From Candidatus Melainabacteria bacterium (GTDB taxonomy: Bacteria > Cyanobacteriota > Vampirovibrionia > Obscuribacterales > Obscuribacteraceae), in the NCBI GenBank assembly GCA_016212515.1, contig JACRFZ010000037.1, positions 6,549-70,548 of the forward strand: 64,000 nucleotides of DNA. The letters run 5' to 3'. Below are positions 1 to 9,315 of the stretch, in pieces. The position numbers were made by a program, and so were the translations under genes. Within the stretch, counting starts at the first letter, position 1. Each line of letters opens with the position of its first letter. The notes under the pieces are model-generated. The model made no database searches, was not told the DNA's origin, and saw only the letters and a program-made list of their open reading frames with translations.

Positions 1-1
1 A

Positions 2-2146
2 GGCAAGGAAGCCAGCAACGCCAGCATTCGTTCATATGTGGATCAAATAGTCGCTCGTAACAAAGATCAAATCAAGGACGAAGACCTCATATATCCGGAT
101 CAAAAGTTCATTCTTCCGGAAATACCTGGAGAGAAGAAAGAGCAAGATAAGCCGCAAGACAAGAAGAATCCTGAGGAAAACTCAGAAAAATCCAAAGACA
201 AAAAGCCAGGCGAAGGTGAAGCCCAGAACCAGCCTAAGGGCAAGGACAAAAAGATACCACCCGATGGAAGCACCGTTCCTCCTGGTGACAACACCGTTCC
301 TCCTGGTGATAACACCGTTCCTCCTGGTGACAACACCGTTCCTCCTGGTGATAACACCGTTCCTCCTGGTGGCAGCGAATTGCCTCCCGCAGATATCTAT
401 GAAGGTCAGCGCAATGGCGGAGAAAACACCGTACCGCCTACTGACAGTCAAAATCCGCCGGTTGACCCTTCCACACAACAAATGTCTCATGGTGACATGA
501 GCAAATTCTACGCTCAGCCAGGCACGGCCGAGAATCCAAGCGTCGGAATCAACAACGCCCAGATTCAAGCCAACATAATATCGAATAACTTCGAAAACAT
601 TGATGCCGACCAAACCGGCTATGTAACCACAGCTGAATTCGACGCCTTTAAAGATAAGCTAAAGCAGGAAAAGGGCGAGACATCGGATGAATTCAAAGCG
701 GCTCAAGAAGCCAGGAAGAACTTCAGTGTAATCGCCAATACCGTGACCGGCGAGAATACCGGTGCCACGGACGAAGCACCATCAAGCATAAGTGCTGAGG
801 ACGTAAAACAATTCCCTACAGTACAGACACGTTTTGAAAATCAGTTTGCGGCAAGAGCCTATGCAAAGGAAAATTTTGACAAACTAGCGGCAGCTTCTGA
901 CGAAGAGGCAAATAAAGATCAACTATCGGCAAAGGATGTTGATTCCTATGCTCAGAAGCGAGCCACGGAGGGCGCCAGCCAGAACGAACTGGATCTGCTC
1001 ATCGGACTGAAAGAATCGGTGACCGCCGCCGATCCTGACGGTACCAACAACATCAAGAAAGAGGAGCTGGACACAAGGCTCTCCAATGAAAATGTCAAAG
1101 TAGATAACAGAGCCTACGGCGATCTGCAAAAGGACGTCACCGGCGAAGTACCAGCGGCAGACAATACAGTGGCACAGACAGATAGCACTGTTCCACCCGC
1201 CGACAATGCCCTGCCGCCAGTCATGGAAAACCCTTATGAAGATATGAGCAAATACTTCGGTCTACCGGGCTCTCCGTCGAACCCCACTGTCGGCTACTAC
1301 AGCGCAGAGAGGCAAGCCGCACTGCTGCGGAAGAACTTCGCCGCCATCGATACCGACAACAATAAAGGTTATATCTCGGCATCGGAACTAGATGCCTTTG
1401 CGGAGCTGCAAAAACAAGAAAAAGGCGAAACATCGGAAGAGTACAAACTTGCCGCCGATGCCCGCAAGAATTTCAGCACCATAGCCAACGGAGTCACCGG
1501 TGAAGGTGCCGGCACGGTGCCGGAAGCCCAGAGCAGCATCAGCGAGGAAGATCTGAAACAATTCTCCTTTGTCCAGTCGCGCTACGAAAATCAGTATGCC
1601 GGTCGTGCCTATGCTAAAGAGAATTTCGACGCCCTGGCTGCCGCCTCGGAAGACCCGGCTAAAGACCAACTCTCCGAGAGCGATGTAGAAGTCTACATGG
1701 ATCAAAGAATGGCGGCTGGAGCCAGCCAAGCGGAACTCAAAATACTGGCCGGACTGAAGGAGCTAATGGCCAATGTAGACACGGATGGCTCAAACAATGT
1801 CAAGAAAGAGGAGCTGGACGCCAGATTGGCAGACGAATTCATCAGAAATGACAACAAGCCCTATGCCGAGCTGCAGAAGGATGTTACAGCCCCTGTGGAC
1901 GACTCCAATGCGCAGCCAAATTCGGCTGGTATCACTCCAGAAAGTGATGTGACCTTGCCCACGGAACCGCCGCCGGAGGTAAATCCTGCACCAACTCCGT
2001 CGCCGGAGGTAAATCCTGCGCCGACTCCGTCGCCGGAGGTAAATCCTGCGCCGACTCCGTCGCCGGAGGTAAATCCTGCGCCGACTCCAACTCCCAATAC
2101 GGATCCACAAACTATGGCGCCTCCGCCTCCCGGTTCAGACTACTAA
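2..2146 (+). CDS. Repeat-rich secreted/surface protein, 5'-truncated by the window edge. It has a LysM-like tail fragment, two ~210-aa internal duplications with EF-hand-like loops, and Pro/Thr-rich tandem repeats.
   Basis: The frame is open from nt 2, with no stop before the listed GTG at 38. '...DEDLIYPDQKFILPE' resembles the end of a LysM motif. It has 12-residue DxDxxxxIxxxE-type loops (DADQTGYVTTAE, DPDGTNNIKKEE, DTDGSNNVKKEE). Repeats are DNTVPPG x5 and PEVNPAPTPS x4. A strong hairpin terminator follows the stop. Confidence 0.75.
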   Translation, partial: GKEASNASIRSYVDQIVARNKDQIKDEDLIYPDQKFILPEIPGEKKEQDKPQDKKNPEENSEKSKDKKPGEGEAQNQPKGKDKKIPPDGSTVPPGDNTVPPGDNTVPPGDNTVPPGDNTVPPGGSELPPADIYEGQRNGGENTVPPTDSQNPPVDPSTQQMSHGDMSKFYAQPGTAENPSVGINNAQIQANIISNNFENIDADQTGYVTTAEFDAFKDKLKQEKGETSDEFKAAQEARKNFSVIANTVTGENTGATDEAPSSISAEDVKQFPTVQTRFENQFAARAYAKENFDKLAAASDEEANKDQLSAKDVDSYAQKRATEGASQNELDLLIGLKESVTAADPDGTNNIKKEELDTRLSNENVKVDNRAYGDLQKDVTGEVPAADNTVAQTDSTVPPADNALPPVMENPYEDMSKYFGLPGSPSNPTVGYYSAERQAALLRKNFAAIDTDNNKGYISASELDAFAELQKQEKGETSEEYKLAADARKNFSTIANGVTGEGAGTVPEAQSSISEEDLKQFSFVQSRYENQYAGRAYAKENFDALAAASEDPAKDQLSESDVEVYMDQRMAAGASQAELKILAGLKELMANVDTDGSNNVKKEELDARLADEFIRNDNKPYAELQKDVTAPVDDSNAQPNSAGITPESDVTLPTEPPPEVNPAPTPSPEVNPAPTPSPEVNPAPTPSPEVNPAPTPTPNTDPQTMAPPPPGSDY
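266..370 (+). repeat. Tandem 21-bp coding repeat, 5 units (GA[CT]AACACCGTTCCTCCTGGT; first unit degenerate), encoding xxTVPPG
   Basis: Read directly. Units are at 266-286, 287-307, 308-328, 329-349 and 350-370, alternating GAC/GAT. Confidence 0.95.
1973..2092 (+). repeat. Tandem 30-bp coding repeat, 4 units (CCGGAGGTAAATCCTGCGCCGACTCCGTCG), encoding PEVNPAPTPS
   Basis: Read directly. Units start at 1973, 2003, 2033 and 2063; the last unit diverges at its end. Confidence 0.95.
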
Positions 2147-2192
2147 GAGCCTGAGCCAATCAATTCGGACGGTGCAAGACCTAACAAGTCAG

Positions 2193-2240
2193 GGCAAGGA
2201 GAGCAATCGGCAAGATTGCTCTCCTTGCCTTGCTTCTTTG
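2193..2240 (+). terminator. Intrinsic terminator after the repeat protein
   Basis: A perfect 16-bp stem pairs GGCAAGGAGAGCAATC (2193-2208) with GATTGCTCTCCTTGCC (2214-2229). The loop is 5 nt and a T-rich tail TTGCTTCTTTGG follows. Confidence 0.8.
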
Positions 2241-2407
2241 GAGTAGGTCACGCCCAAACTGACGCAGGGAGCAAAGTCTACTTGCACCACCGTTCCAATT
2301 GAAACCTTCTTCTCTCGAAACCGAAACTTGCAACCAAAATAGCAGGGGCAGGCAACCTGTTCCAGAGAGCACAGTGAACCACTAATCACGGCGGAAGCAG
2401 AATAACT

Positions 2408-3217
2408 ATGCAAGCACAAATTAATCAACTTGCAATCAAATGCTGGTATCCTCCAAAAGCCGGATGCATGAAGTCGCGCCCAGGAATGGGAGGGAAGAAA
2501 GTGTACGCCAAGGAAGTTTTGCAGCAGGCTGAACAAACAACATTTATCGATCGAAATGGGAAAAGCCGCAGGTTGACTATTTTGCCGCCCCTTTCGGAAA
2601 AGGAAACTTCAAATCTGGAATCTAGTTTGGGTTGCTCACTACCTGATGAAATGCGAGATCTCCTCAGCTACAGCAGGGGCTTCGAGGGCATACTCGATAC
2701 TGTTGATTTCAGCGGCAATCTACCGTTTGAGTTTGAACTCTTTCCACATGGGCTTTCCATTGCCGCTGATGAATGTGGCAACTTTTGGGTTATCGATCTA
2801 ACTTCCGGCGGCGCATCAGACACCACTGTTTTCTATGTCTGCCACGATCCGGCTGTCATTGCTTTCCAATCCGGTTCAATTGCTCAATTCATCAAGGAAG
2901 TACTCCGTCAGGGAAATCAGCCCTGGAATAGCCAGCTCACTTCCGTGCAAGAAGAGACTGTCATGAATATTTGGAAAAACAATCCTTACGTGATAGAGCG
3001 GAAAGACGCCCTCAAATCTGATGGCGATTTGAGTAAATTCGCCGAATCGCTTGATGAAAGTTTCGAATTCGCTGATCTACGCAACGCAACTCTTGGAAAA
3101 GGCTTTAGCTGGGGCCGATACGGAGCCGAAACAGTATGCAAACGCTTTGGGGAAACGCGCATTTTTGCATGTCAAAGACGAGAATTAAGCTGGTTCCAAA
3201 AACTATTCGGCGTATAG
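2408..3217 (+). CDS. SMI1/KNR4 (SUKH-1)-like protein; start codon uncertain
   Basis: 'LSEKETSNLESSLGCSLPDEMRDLLSYSRGFEG ... CGNFWVIDL ... VFYVCHDP' matches the usual SUKH/SMI1_KNR4 layout. Alternative in-frame ATGs are at 2468 and 2486. Confidence 0.55.
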   Translation: MQAQINQLAIKCWYPPKAGCMKSRPGMGGKKVYAKEVLQQAEQTTFIDRNGKSRRLTILPPLSEKETSNLESSLGCSLPDEMRDLLSYSRGFEGILDTVDFSGNLPFEFELFPHGLSIAADECGNFWVIDLTSGGASDTTVFYVCHDPAVIAFQSGSIAQFIKEVLRQGNQPWNSQLTSVQEETVMNIWKNNPYVIERKDALKSDGDLSKFAESLDESFEFADLRNATLGKGFSWGRYGAETVCKRFGETRIFACQRRELSWFQKLFGV

Positions 3218-3518
3218 CCGCTTAGCAAGCTAGCGAGAGCGCTGACACCATAAATTGGACAAGATTATCAAAGCCCAAAGATTCAAACGCATTAGCGCCC
3301 CGCCGCGATCGGGCAATACTGCTCCAAACCGGCATTTCTGCTTGACTCCGACAGTTTGCAAGTGCTAGGAAAAGGTATTCTCATCAGAACCGATCAGGCA
3401 AGCGACAACTTAACACCGTACCAAGCCACAACCAACCCTTTCATCAATCCATCTAACCTTTTTAGGCGGGCGGGGTTGATCGTTCTTGAGATACCAACCT
3501 TCATCAATACTAAAGAAC

Positions 3519-4094
3519 ATGGAAACTCCAAATTACGAGCTCAAGATCGTTGTAAACGGACAAGAACTGCAAGAACACGAACACGAAGGCAAATACTACG
3601 TCGTTGCCACTGCCGGACAGAAGTTCAGCGTGCGCATGGTAATCCCTACAACCCCTGAGGGAGCAGGCGTAGTCCTCTTGGTGGACGATATTCTTGCTTA
3701 CGGGCATGACTCTAACCTCGGACTCGGATGCCTCATGGGCAACGGCAGTGGCTACAGCCCGCGAGGAATGAATCAGGAGTCTGATGACCGTTCAGAAAAC
3801 GAAATCCCTGGACCGCTGGTAGGGAACTCAATCGAAGGCAACTTCATGTTCAAAAAGATCATGGGTGATGAAACCGAGAACTACGGCACTGTGCGTGTCG
3901 AATTCTACGAAAACGCCCATCGAAAAGTGGTTAAGGCGCAAACACGCGGTTGCGACATGCGCACGGAGGTTGTACCTGGTACCGGCTCTATTGACTTCGC
4001 AACAGACTTCGTTTATGAACCAGGACCACTAATGTTGACTCGCGAAATTCGCTATGGCTCTGAGGCTTACCTCAAGCACCTGGGGATCATCTAA
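3519..4094 (+). CDS. Hypothetical protein (191 aa)
   Basis: Long ORF. The start was moved to ATG 3519 (METPNYELKIVVNG...). I recognise no family. Confidence 0.5.
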   Translation: METPNYELKIVVNGQELQEHEHEGKYYVVATAGQKFSVRMVIPTTPEGAGVVLLVDDILAYGHDSNLGLGCLMGNGSGYSPRGMNQESDDRSENEIPGPLVGNSIEGNFMFKKIMGDETENYGTVRVEFYENAHRKVVKAQTRGCDMRTEVVPGTGSIDFATDFVYEPGPLMLTREIRYGSEAYLKHLGII

Positions 4095-4159
4095 GTAGGC
4101 GAAGTGATCATGCAGTTGGCGGTCCAACAGCCTGCTTAAATTTCACTAGAGCCTGAATA

Positions 4160-4200
4160 AAACCGGCTGCCAACCGCGGCAGTCGGTTTCAACTTTCTGT
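4160..4200 (+). terminator. Hairpin/terminator candidate
   Basis: A 12-bp stem with one G.U pairs AAACCGGCTGCC (4160-4171) with GGCAGTCGGTTT (4178-4189). The loop is 6 nt and the T tract is weak. Confidence 0.45.
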
Positions 4201-4233
4201 TTGACCAAAAGTGTTTTGAAAGAGGAAACAAGC

Positions 4234-5844
4234 ATGACTAACATCAAGACTAAAGCCCAGAACCCAGAAGCAGTAGTATTCTCTACTTCCGGTCAAATCG
4301 GATACCTGTTCAAGGCTGTAGAGGCCGGCACAATGACCATTGCCCTCCCGGGTCAAAACCCTCAACTTCTAGACCCTGAAGCCATCGTGCAATCTTATAA
4401 TCCTCTTGAACAGCGAGATCTAATCTCAATCACACGCGGAGTATACTCCAACGAAGAGGGCATCGCTCACGCAGCGAAAGAACTGAAAGGAAAGCGCGTG
4501 CTTTTGGCCGACAACAAGAAAAGTCGAGTCGGTACCATCAATCACATAGAAGGTAACGACACTGAGGGTCACAAGATCTTCCTGGCAGTTGAAGGCTCCG
4601 TAGCCGTTATCAATGCCCGTGATGTAATCGAACTGGAGGAGAGGCCACAGGACTTCTTCATTACGGTTCAGACTCTCGATAGCGGTGAGTTCATCTTCTG
4701 GCTCAAAGACTTCGTCAAAGTCGATGTATCCTATACTCTCGCTGCAAAACGGGTAAGAATCTCCGCTACTGTCTGTTCCATCATCGACCCTGAAATTATC
4801 TTCACAGCCAATAAGGTAATGATCACAGATCAAGATCTCAGCTGTGTAGATGACCTCGAGGGTCTTGAACGCTACGAGATCGCCTGCGGTGAAGTGAGAC
4901 TCTCCCCCGAGCAGACAGGATTCAATCTCTATTCAGCACCACTTAGCAAACTAGAGGAAATCACGAGCCTGTCCTTCAATGGATTCTTCTACAAATCCGG
5001 CAGGCAGGGCATCGAGTTTACGAAATCAAGAACCTTCATCTTGACCGCCAGAGAGCCTGAAAACTTCAGCGCCGCTCTTAAGAACATGAGGGGACGAGCG
5101 GCTTTCGAAGGTAAGACCTACCAGGTTCACAACACAGAAATCTCTCAATCCGATGGACTCTGGTTAATCAACACTGACTCAAAGCAGCTCATCTATGGCG
5201 ATTCCGACTGGAGTGCGCGGAGTGATGAAACAGCGGTTCCCGTTCTGAGAAATGCCAGCGAATCGGCCCGGTTGGAACTCGTCACCTACACCGACAAATT
5301 GAGAAAGCTCACGATCTACGCCAGTAAACTGGGTCTTGAAGCAGGACAGACTGTGCTTGCAACAGGATTACCAGACTCACTCAACGAAATCTGCTGCAAC
5401 AGATCAGCAATCCCGGTGGAAAATGGCGTAGCTCGCTTCAGTGTCGATAATTCATCCTCCAGTGTCGAATTCCTGAATAAGGAAAGCGGAATCAGCAATA
5501 CGAAATGGCATACTAGCTACGCACTCATCGATGATTCAGGCGCAATCGACTACCACAGCCTCTCTCGCCTCCCTGCTCAGATCTTACAAGACTTGGCGAA
5601 AACGTTTCTTCTGCGCTTCAACGACAGCTGGCAAATATACTTGCGCAAAACGGAACCTAAACGCGATCTTCTGCAGCGCCTTGTGCACTCAGAGACGAAA
5701 TACACAAATCATCTAGCTGTCTTACGGCTTGTCAAATCCGGACAACTGGACGAGATTGAGGAAGCCACGGAGGACTTGCGGGAACCGGCAGAGCAACTGC
5801 TCGAAGCCATCAAAAGCACGGTGACGGAGGTCTGGACAGCCTGA
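4234..5844 (+). CDS. Hypothetical protein (536 aa)
   Basis: Long ORF. ATG 4234 is preceded by AGAGGAAA. No motif recognised. Confidence 0.6.
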   Translation: MTNIKTKAQNPEAVVFSTSGQIGYLFKAVEAGTMTIALPGQNPQLLDPEAIVQSYNPLEQRDLISITRGVYSNEEGIAHAAKELKGKRVLLADNKKSRVGTINHIEGNDTEGHKIFLAVEGSVAVINARDVIELEERPQDFFITVQTLDSGEFIFWLKDFVKVDVSYTLAAKRVRISATVCSIIDPEIIFTANKVMITDQDLSCVDDLEGLERYEIACGEVRLSPEQTGFNLYSAPLSKLEEITSLSFNGFFYKSGRQGIEFTKSRTFILTAREPENFSAALKNMRGRAAFEGKTYQVHNTEISQSDGLWLINTDSKQLIYGDSDWSARSDETAVPVLRNASESARLELVTYTDKLRKLTIYASKLGLEAGQTVLATGLPDSLNEICCNRSAIPVENGVARFSVDNSSSSVEFLNKESGISNTKWHTSYALIDDSGAIDYHSLSRLPAQILQDLAKTFLLRFNDSWQIYLRKTEPKRDLLQRLVHSETKYTNHLAVLRLVKSGQLDEIEEATEDLREPAEQLLEAIKSTVTEVWTA

Positions 5845-5888
5845 AATCCCGAGCCCCTAGCCACCCCTTGCACTCCCCTGAAAACCCT

Positions 5889-5909
5889 GGGCTCCTCAGC
5901 CCTTTTTTT
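5889..5909 (+). terminator. Short GC hairpin plus T7
   Basis: GGGCT-cctc-AGCCC followed by TTTTTTT (5903-5909), 45 nt after the stop at 5844. Confidence 0.55.
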
Positions 5910-5960
5910 GGCCCATAATAGTCGACCGGTCTATTACTCATCCTCAAAAAAAGAAGAAGG
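5903..5960. repeat. GACCGGTC-core intergenic repeat, copy A
   Basis: T7 (5903-5909), then N14, GACCGGTC (5924-5931), N14, A7 (5946-5952) and GAAGAAGG. It lies between convergent genes ending at 5844 (+) and 6118 (-). Confidence 0.85.
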
Positions 5961-6117
5961 CAGCCGGCCTGTTAGTTCAGTGCCAGCCACCCCTTACTAA
6001 TTTCCTAAATGCAACCGTTCCGGCTCCTTCAATGAGCGACAGCCAGGAATGGTCACCAACCTCCGGAAGAGCCTTGAGCAGACTCGAACACAGAGGCGGT
6101 GACCACAGGAAGCAACT

Positions 6118-8448
6118 CTAGGAGGCAGCGTTGTAGGTGAAGACCAGCTTCCCTTCCGCACCGCCAACCCCAGGCTCGCCATCAACGAAGATGGTGCCGC
6201 CGCTACCAGACTCTGCTTTCAAAAGCTCTACGGAAAGAGGATCTTCCAACAAGTCGGTGATAGCGCGCTGCATTTCGCGGGCGCCAAACTTGACACTGTA
6301 ACCACGCTCGATTAATACATTACGGGCTGAAGCGGAGAGAGTAAGTGTGAAACCATACTCTTCGGCAACCACCGTGACCAGATCGGCGAGCAACAGGTCG
6401 ATGATTTGATAGACCTCGCTCTTCAGTAACTGACTGAAGACGATAATCTCAGAGAGGCGGTTGAGGAACTCAGGACGGAAGTACTGCTGTAAAGCAGCCA
6501 TGACTTTGGCTTTGATTACCTCGTATTGCTTTTCTGCAACAGCCTTCTCATCAGGCTTACCAAGGTCGAAGCCGAGACCGGAGGACTCTGCCTTGCCCAT
6601 AATCGCCAATGACCCCACATTAGTGGTCATGATGATGATCGTATTCTTGAAGTCCACGGTCCGACCCTGGGCATCAGTGAGACGTCCGTCGTCCAGAAGT
6701 TGCAGCAAGGTATTGAAGACGTCGGGATGAGCCTTTTCAATCTCATCAAAGAGGACCACGCTGTAAGGACGACGACGCACGGCGTTGGTCAATTGTCCGC
6801 CTTCGTCATAGCCGACATAGCCGGGAGGGGAGCCAATCAGCTTGCTCACCGTGTGGCGCTCCATATATTCCGACATATCCAGGCGAATCATATTCTCTTC
6901 GCTGCCGAACATAAACTTGGCCAGCAGCTTAGCGAGCCAGGTCTTACCTACCCCGGTGGGACCGGCGAAAATGAAGCTGGCAATCGGCTTGGAACTGCGT
7001 CGCAGGTTGGCTCCGCTACGGCGCATAGCCTTAGCCACAGAGGTGACGGCAGCGTCCTGACCAATGATGCCCTGGTGAAGAATATCCTCAAGGTGTAGCA
7101 GCTTTTCTTTCTCGCTTTGTGTCAGCTTGGAAGCCGGCACACCGGTGATTCGCGACACGGTTTCAGCCACAGCGGCTTCATCCAGCACCAGAGGCGCCTC
7201 ATCCGCACCATCGACCACACCCATACGCAAGTGAGAACCAGCCTGGTCAATAATGTCCAAGTCTTTATCTGGGTGGAAGCGGTCGCTGATGTAACGATCT
7301 GAGAGTTTCACCGCCAGCGCCAGTGCTTCATCTTGAATGACTACGCCGTGGTGCTTCTCGTAAGAATCCTTCAGTGCCCGCAGAATCTCAAGAGTCTGCT
7401 CACTGGTCGGCGCTTCAATTACTACCGGTTGAAAACGACGAGCCAGCGCGGGATCTTTCTCGATGCGTTTGCGGTACTCATCAAGAGTTGTGGTACCAAT
7501 CAAACTGAGTTCCCCACGGGAGAGCGGTGTTTTGAGCATACTGCTCATATCTACGCTACCCTCTGAGGAGCCAGCGCCCATGACGGCATGGATTTCATCG
7601 ATAGCGAGAAGGATGTTGCCGGTCTTGATCACCTCGGCAATAACGCCTTTGACGCGCTCTTCAAATTCACCGCGGAATTTGGTACCGGCAACAAGCGCAC
7701 CGATATCCAGGGTCCGGAGTTCCTTATTGCGCAGGGGCTTGGGTACATTACCAGCCACAATGCGCTGAGCCAGTCCTTCAAGAAGCGCGGTTTTACCGAC
7801 ACCGGCTTCCCCAACGATGACAGGGTTGTTCTTTTGAAGCAGCCCGAGAATATCGATCATGCGCACAATCTCGGCATCACGCCCGTGAACGGGACGCAGT
7901 TTGCCTTGACGGGCCTGTTCAGTCAAGTTAACAGTGTAGGAATCCAAGGCGGGAGTGCGCACGGCTGCGCCCTTGGAATGGTTGTTAGAAACAGTGTTGT
8001 CAGCCATTTCACTTGCCTTTGCTCTTAATTTAGACAGATCAACCCCAAGTCTCACAAGGAGCTTAGACCCGGAGTTTGTGGGGTCGGAGAGAACCCCAAG
8101 TAAAATGTGTTCAGCCCCAATCAACTCGCGGCCCTGTTGCTTGGCCATGTTCGAGGCTTGCTGCAGAGCCTGCTTGGAGAAGGCACCTAATTCGACGCGA
8201 GCTTCAGAGCCCGGACGATACTTTCCAATCGATGAAGAGGCAGAATCGGCAGGCGGGGAAATTGCCACCTCTACTTTTCGGTAGTCACTAATGAAAGCAA
8301 GAATGGCGCGAGCGGCAGCAGAAGTACGTTCTAGGACAATACCATAGACAATGTCGTCCGTATCGACGTTGGAACGTCCCCGTCTTTCCGCGCTTTTCTT
8401 GGCGAATTCGAGCGCATCGAGAGCGCTTTGAGTAAAACGTTCAGCCAT
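6118..8448 (-). CDS. Two-ring Clp/Hsp100 AAA+ ATPase, ClpA/ClpC type
   Basis: N-terminal Clp_N-like repeats are present. D1 has GEAGVGKTAL and LLAIDEIH. D2 has GPTGVGKTWLAK and VVLFDEIEKAH. There is no long ClpB-type middle coiled coil. A GLGF loop is a plausible ClpP-docking tripeptide. ATG 8448 has GAGG upstream. Confidence 0.9.
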   Translation of the reverse strand: MAERFTQSALDALEFAKKSAERRGRSNVDTDDIVYGIVLERTSAAARAILAFISDYRKVEVAISPPADSASSSIGKYRPGSEARVELGAFSKQALQQASNMAKQQGRELIGAEHILLGVLSDPTNSGSKLLVRLGVDLSKLRAKASEMADNTVSNNHSKGAAVRTPALDSYTVNLTEQARQGKLRPVHGRDAEIVRMIDILGLLQKNNPVIVGEAGVGKTALLEGLAQRIVAGNVPKPLRNKELRTLDIGALVAGTKFRGEFEERVKGVIAEVIKTGNILLAIDEIHAVMGAGSSEGSVDMSSMLKTPLSRGELSLIGTTTLDEYRKRIEKDPALARRFQPVVIEAPTSEQTLEILRALKDSYEKHHGVVIQDEALALAVKLSDRYISDRFHPDKDLDIIDQAGSHLRMGVVDGADEAPLVLDEAAVAETVSRITGVPASKLTQSEKEKLLHLEDILHQGIIGQDAAVTSVAKAMRRSGANLRRSSKPIASFIFAGPTGVGKTWLAKLLAKFMFGSEENMIRLDMSEYMERHTVSKLIGSPPGYVGYDEGGQLTNAVRRRPYSVVLFDEIEKAHPDVFNTLLQLLDDGRLTDAQGRTVDFKNTIIIMTTNVGSLAIMGKAESSGLGFDLGKPDEKAVAEKQYEVIKAKVMAALQQYFRPEFLNRLSEIIVFSQLLKSEVYQIIDLLLADLVTVVAEEYGFTLTLSASARNVLIERGYSVKFGAREMQRAITDLLEDPLSVELLKAESGSGGTIFVDGEPGVGGAEGKLVFTYNAAS

Positions 8449-8571
8449 AATGACCTCGGTGGAAACAATAAATGGATAAAGAAAAATCACCGGAAGCCAG
8501 AGGCAACCGGCTAACTGCTAAAACCCTGACAGGGCATTGGGGTCATCACCCAAGAGCCCTGGGTTCAGGTG

Positions 8572-9243
8572 TCAGGCTTGGAATTTGATCAAATCCGGCG
8601 AAGGCGGGTTCTTTCCGGCCACATTGGCAACCATGATGATCAGGAAGGTAAGGGCGCGATTGCGCAATAGGAAGAGCGCTTCACTGCTCCCGGCTTGTGC
8701 GATACTCGCTTCATCACCGGAAAGGAAAGCCTTGATCAGTGCCACACCATTGGTTAGACGCAGACCAAGTTGCTTGACTTCAGCGTAGTCGCTCAAGTTG
8801 TAGCAAAAGTGCCGCAAAGCTCTCTCTTGTTCGGTGGCCTCCTTAAGCGGTTCAGGTTCTTCTCCAAGCTCGACGGCACGTGCATAGGCCAGGGGTGCCA
8901 GAGGATCAAGCTCTGAGCCGTAGTATTGCTTTAACGCAGCGTCTAACTGTCGATAGACCTGCGTAGCAGTATCTACGCTAGCGCCCTCAAGAGAAAGATC
9001 GCAAATGGAGAGAGCGGTCTGAGCGCCGGCTTTTACTTCCACTTCATCGATATTCTCAAGCTGAAAGAGCAGAACTTCTTGCTCCTGGCTCACCTGCTCT
9101 TGCACGACCAGTAAAGCCTCTTCCATGAGCGGTAAAAGCTCCTCCAGATCGACTGCCATGCCCTTGAAGAAGCGATAATAGCCCTCAAGCGCAGTCTTGG
9201 CTTGTTTAACGATCTGATCCCGTGACAAAAAGTCGAGATCCAT
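8572..9243 (-). CDS. Hypothetical acidic, probably helical protein (223 aa)
   Basis: ORF with GGAGG 8 nt upstream of the ATG. It lies co-directionally between the propeller-like gene and the Clp ATPase. Confidence 0.6.
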   Translation of the reverse strand: MDLDFLSRDQIVKQAKTALEGYYRFFKGMAVDLEELLPLMEEALLVVQEQVSQEQEVLLFQLENIDEVEVKAGAQTALSICDLSLEGASVDTATQVYRQLDAALKQYYGSELDPLAPLAYARAVELGEEPEPLKEATEQERALRHFCYNLSDYAEVKQLGLRLTNGVALIKAFLSGDEASIAQAGSSEALFLLRNRALTFLIIMVANVAGKNPPSPDLIKFQA

Positions 9244-9315
9244 AATGCAAACCTCCAGACAATAAAGTGTAAATTCAAAAACGATCGACTAAGTAGCAAA
9301 CACTTGGCCGTCCTG

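Noticed and set aside
100-613. Antisense and alternative-frame ORFs across the DNTVPPG repeat. The same occurs at 1790-2110 across the PEVNPAPTPS repeat.
   Set aside because: These are artefacts of tandem repeats that lack stops in several frames. The sense frame is continuous for 715 codons.
6461-8291. Many 60-146-aa ORFs on the plus strand inside the Clp ATPase gene
   Set aside because: They are nested antisense to a CDS with unambiguous AAA+ motifs. They have Arg/Ser/Pro-rich composition and no SD, which is typical shadow-ORF noise.
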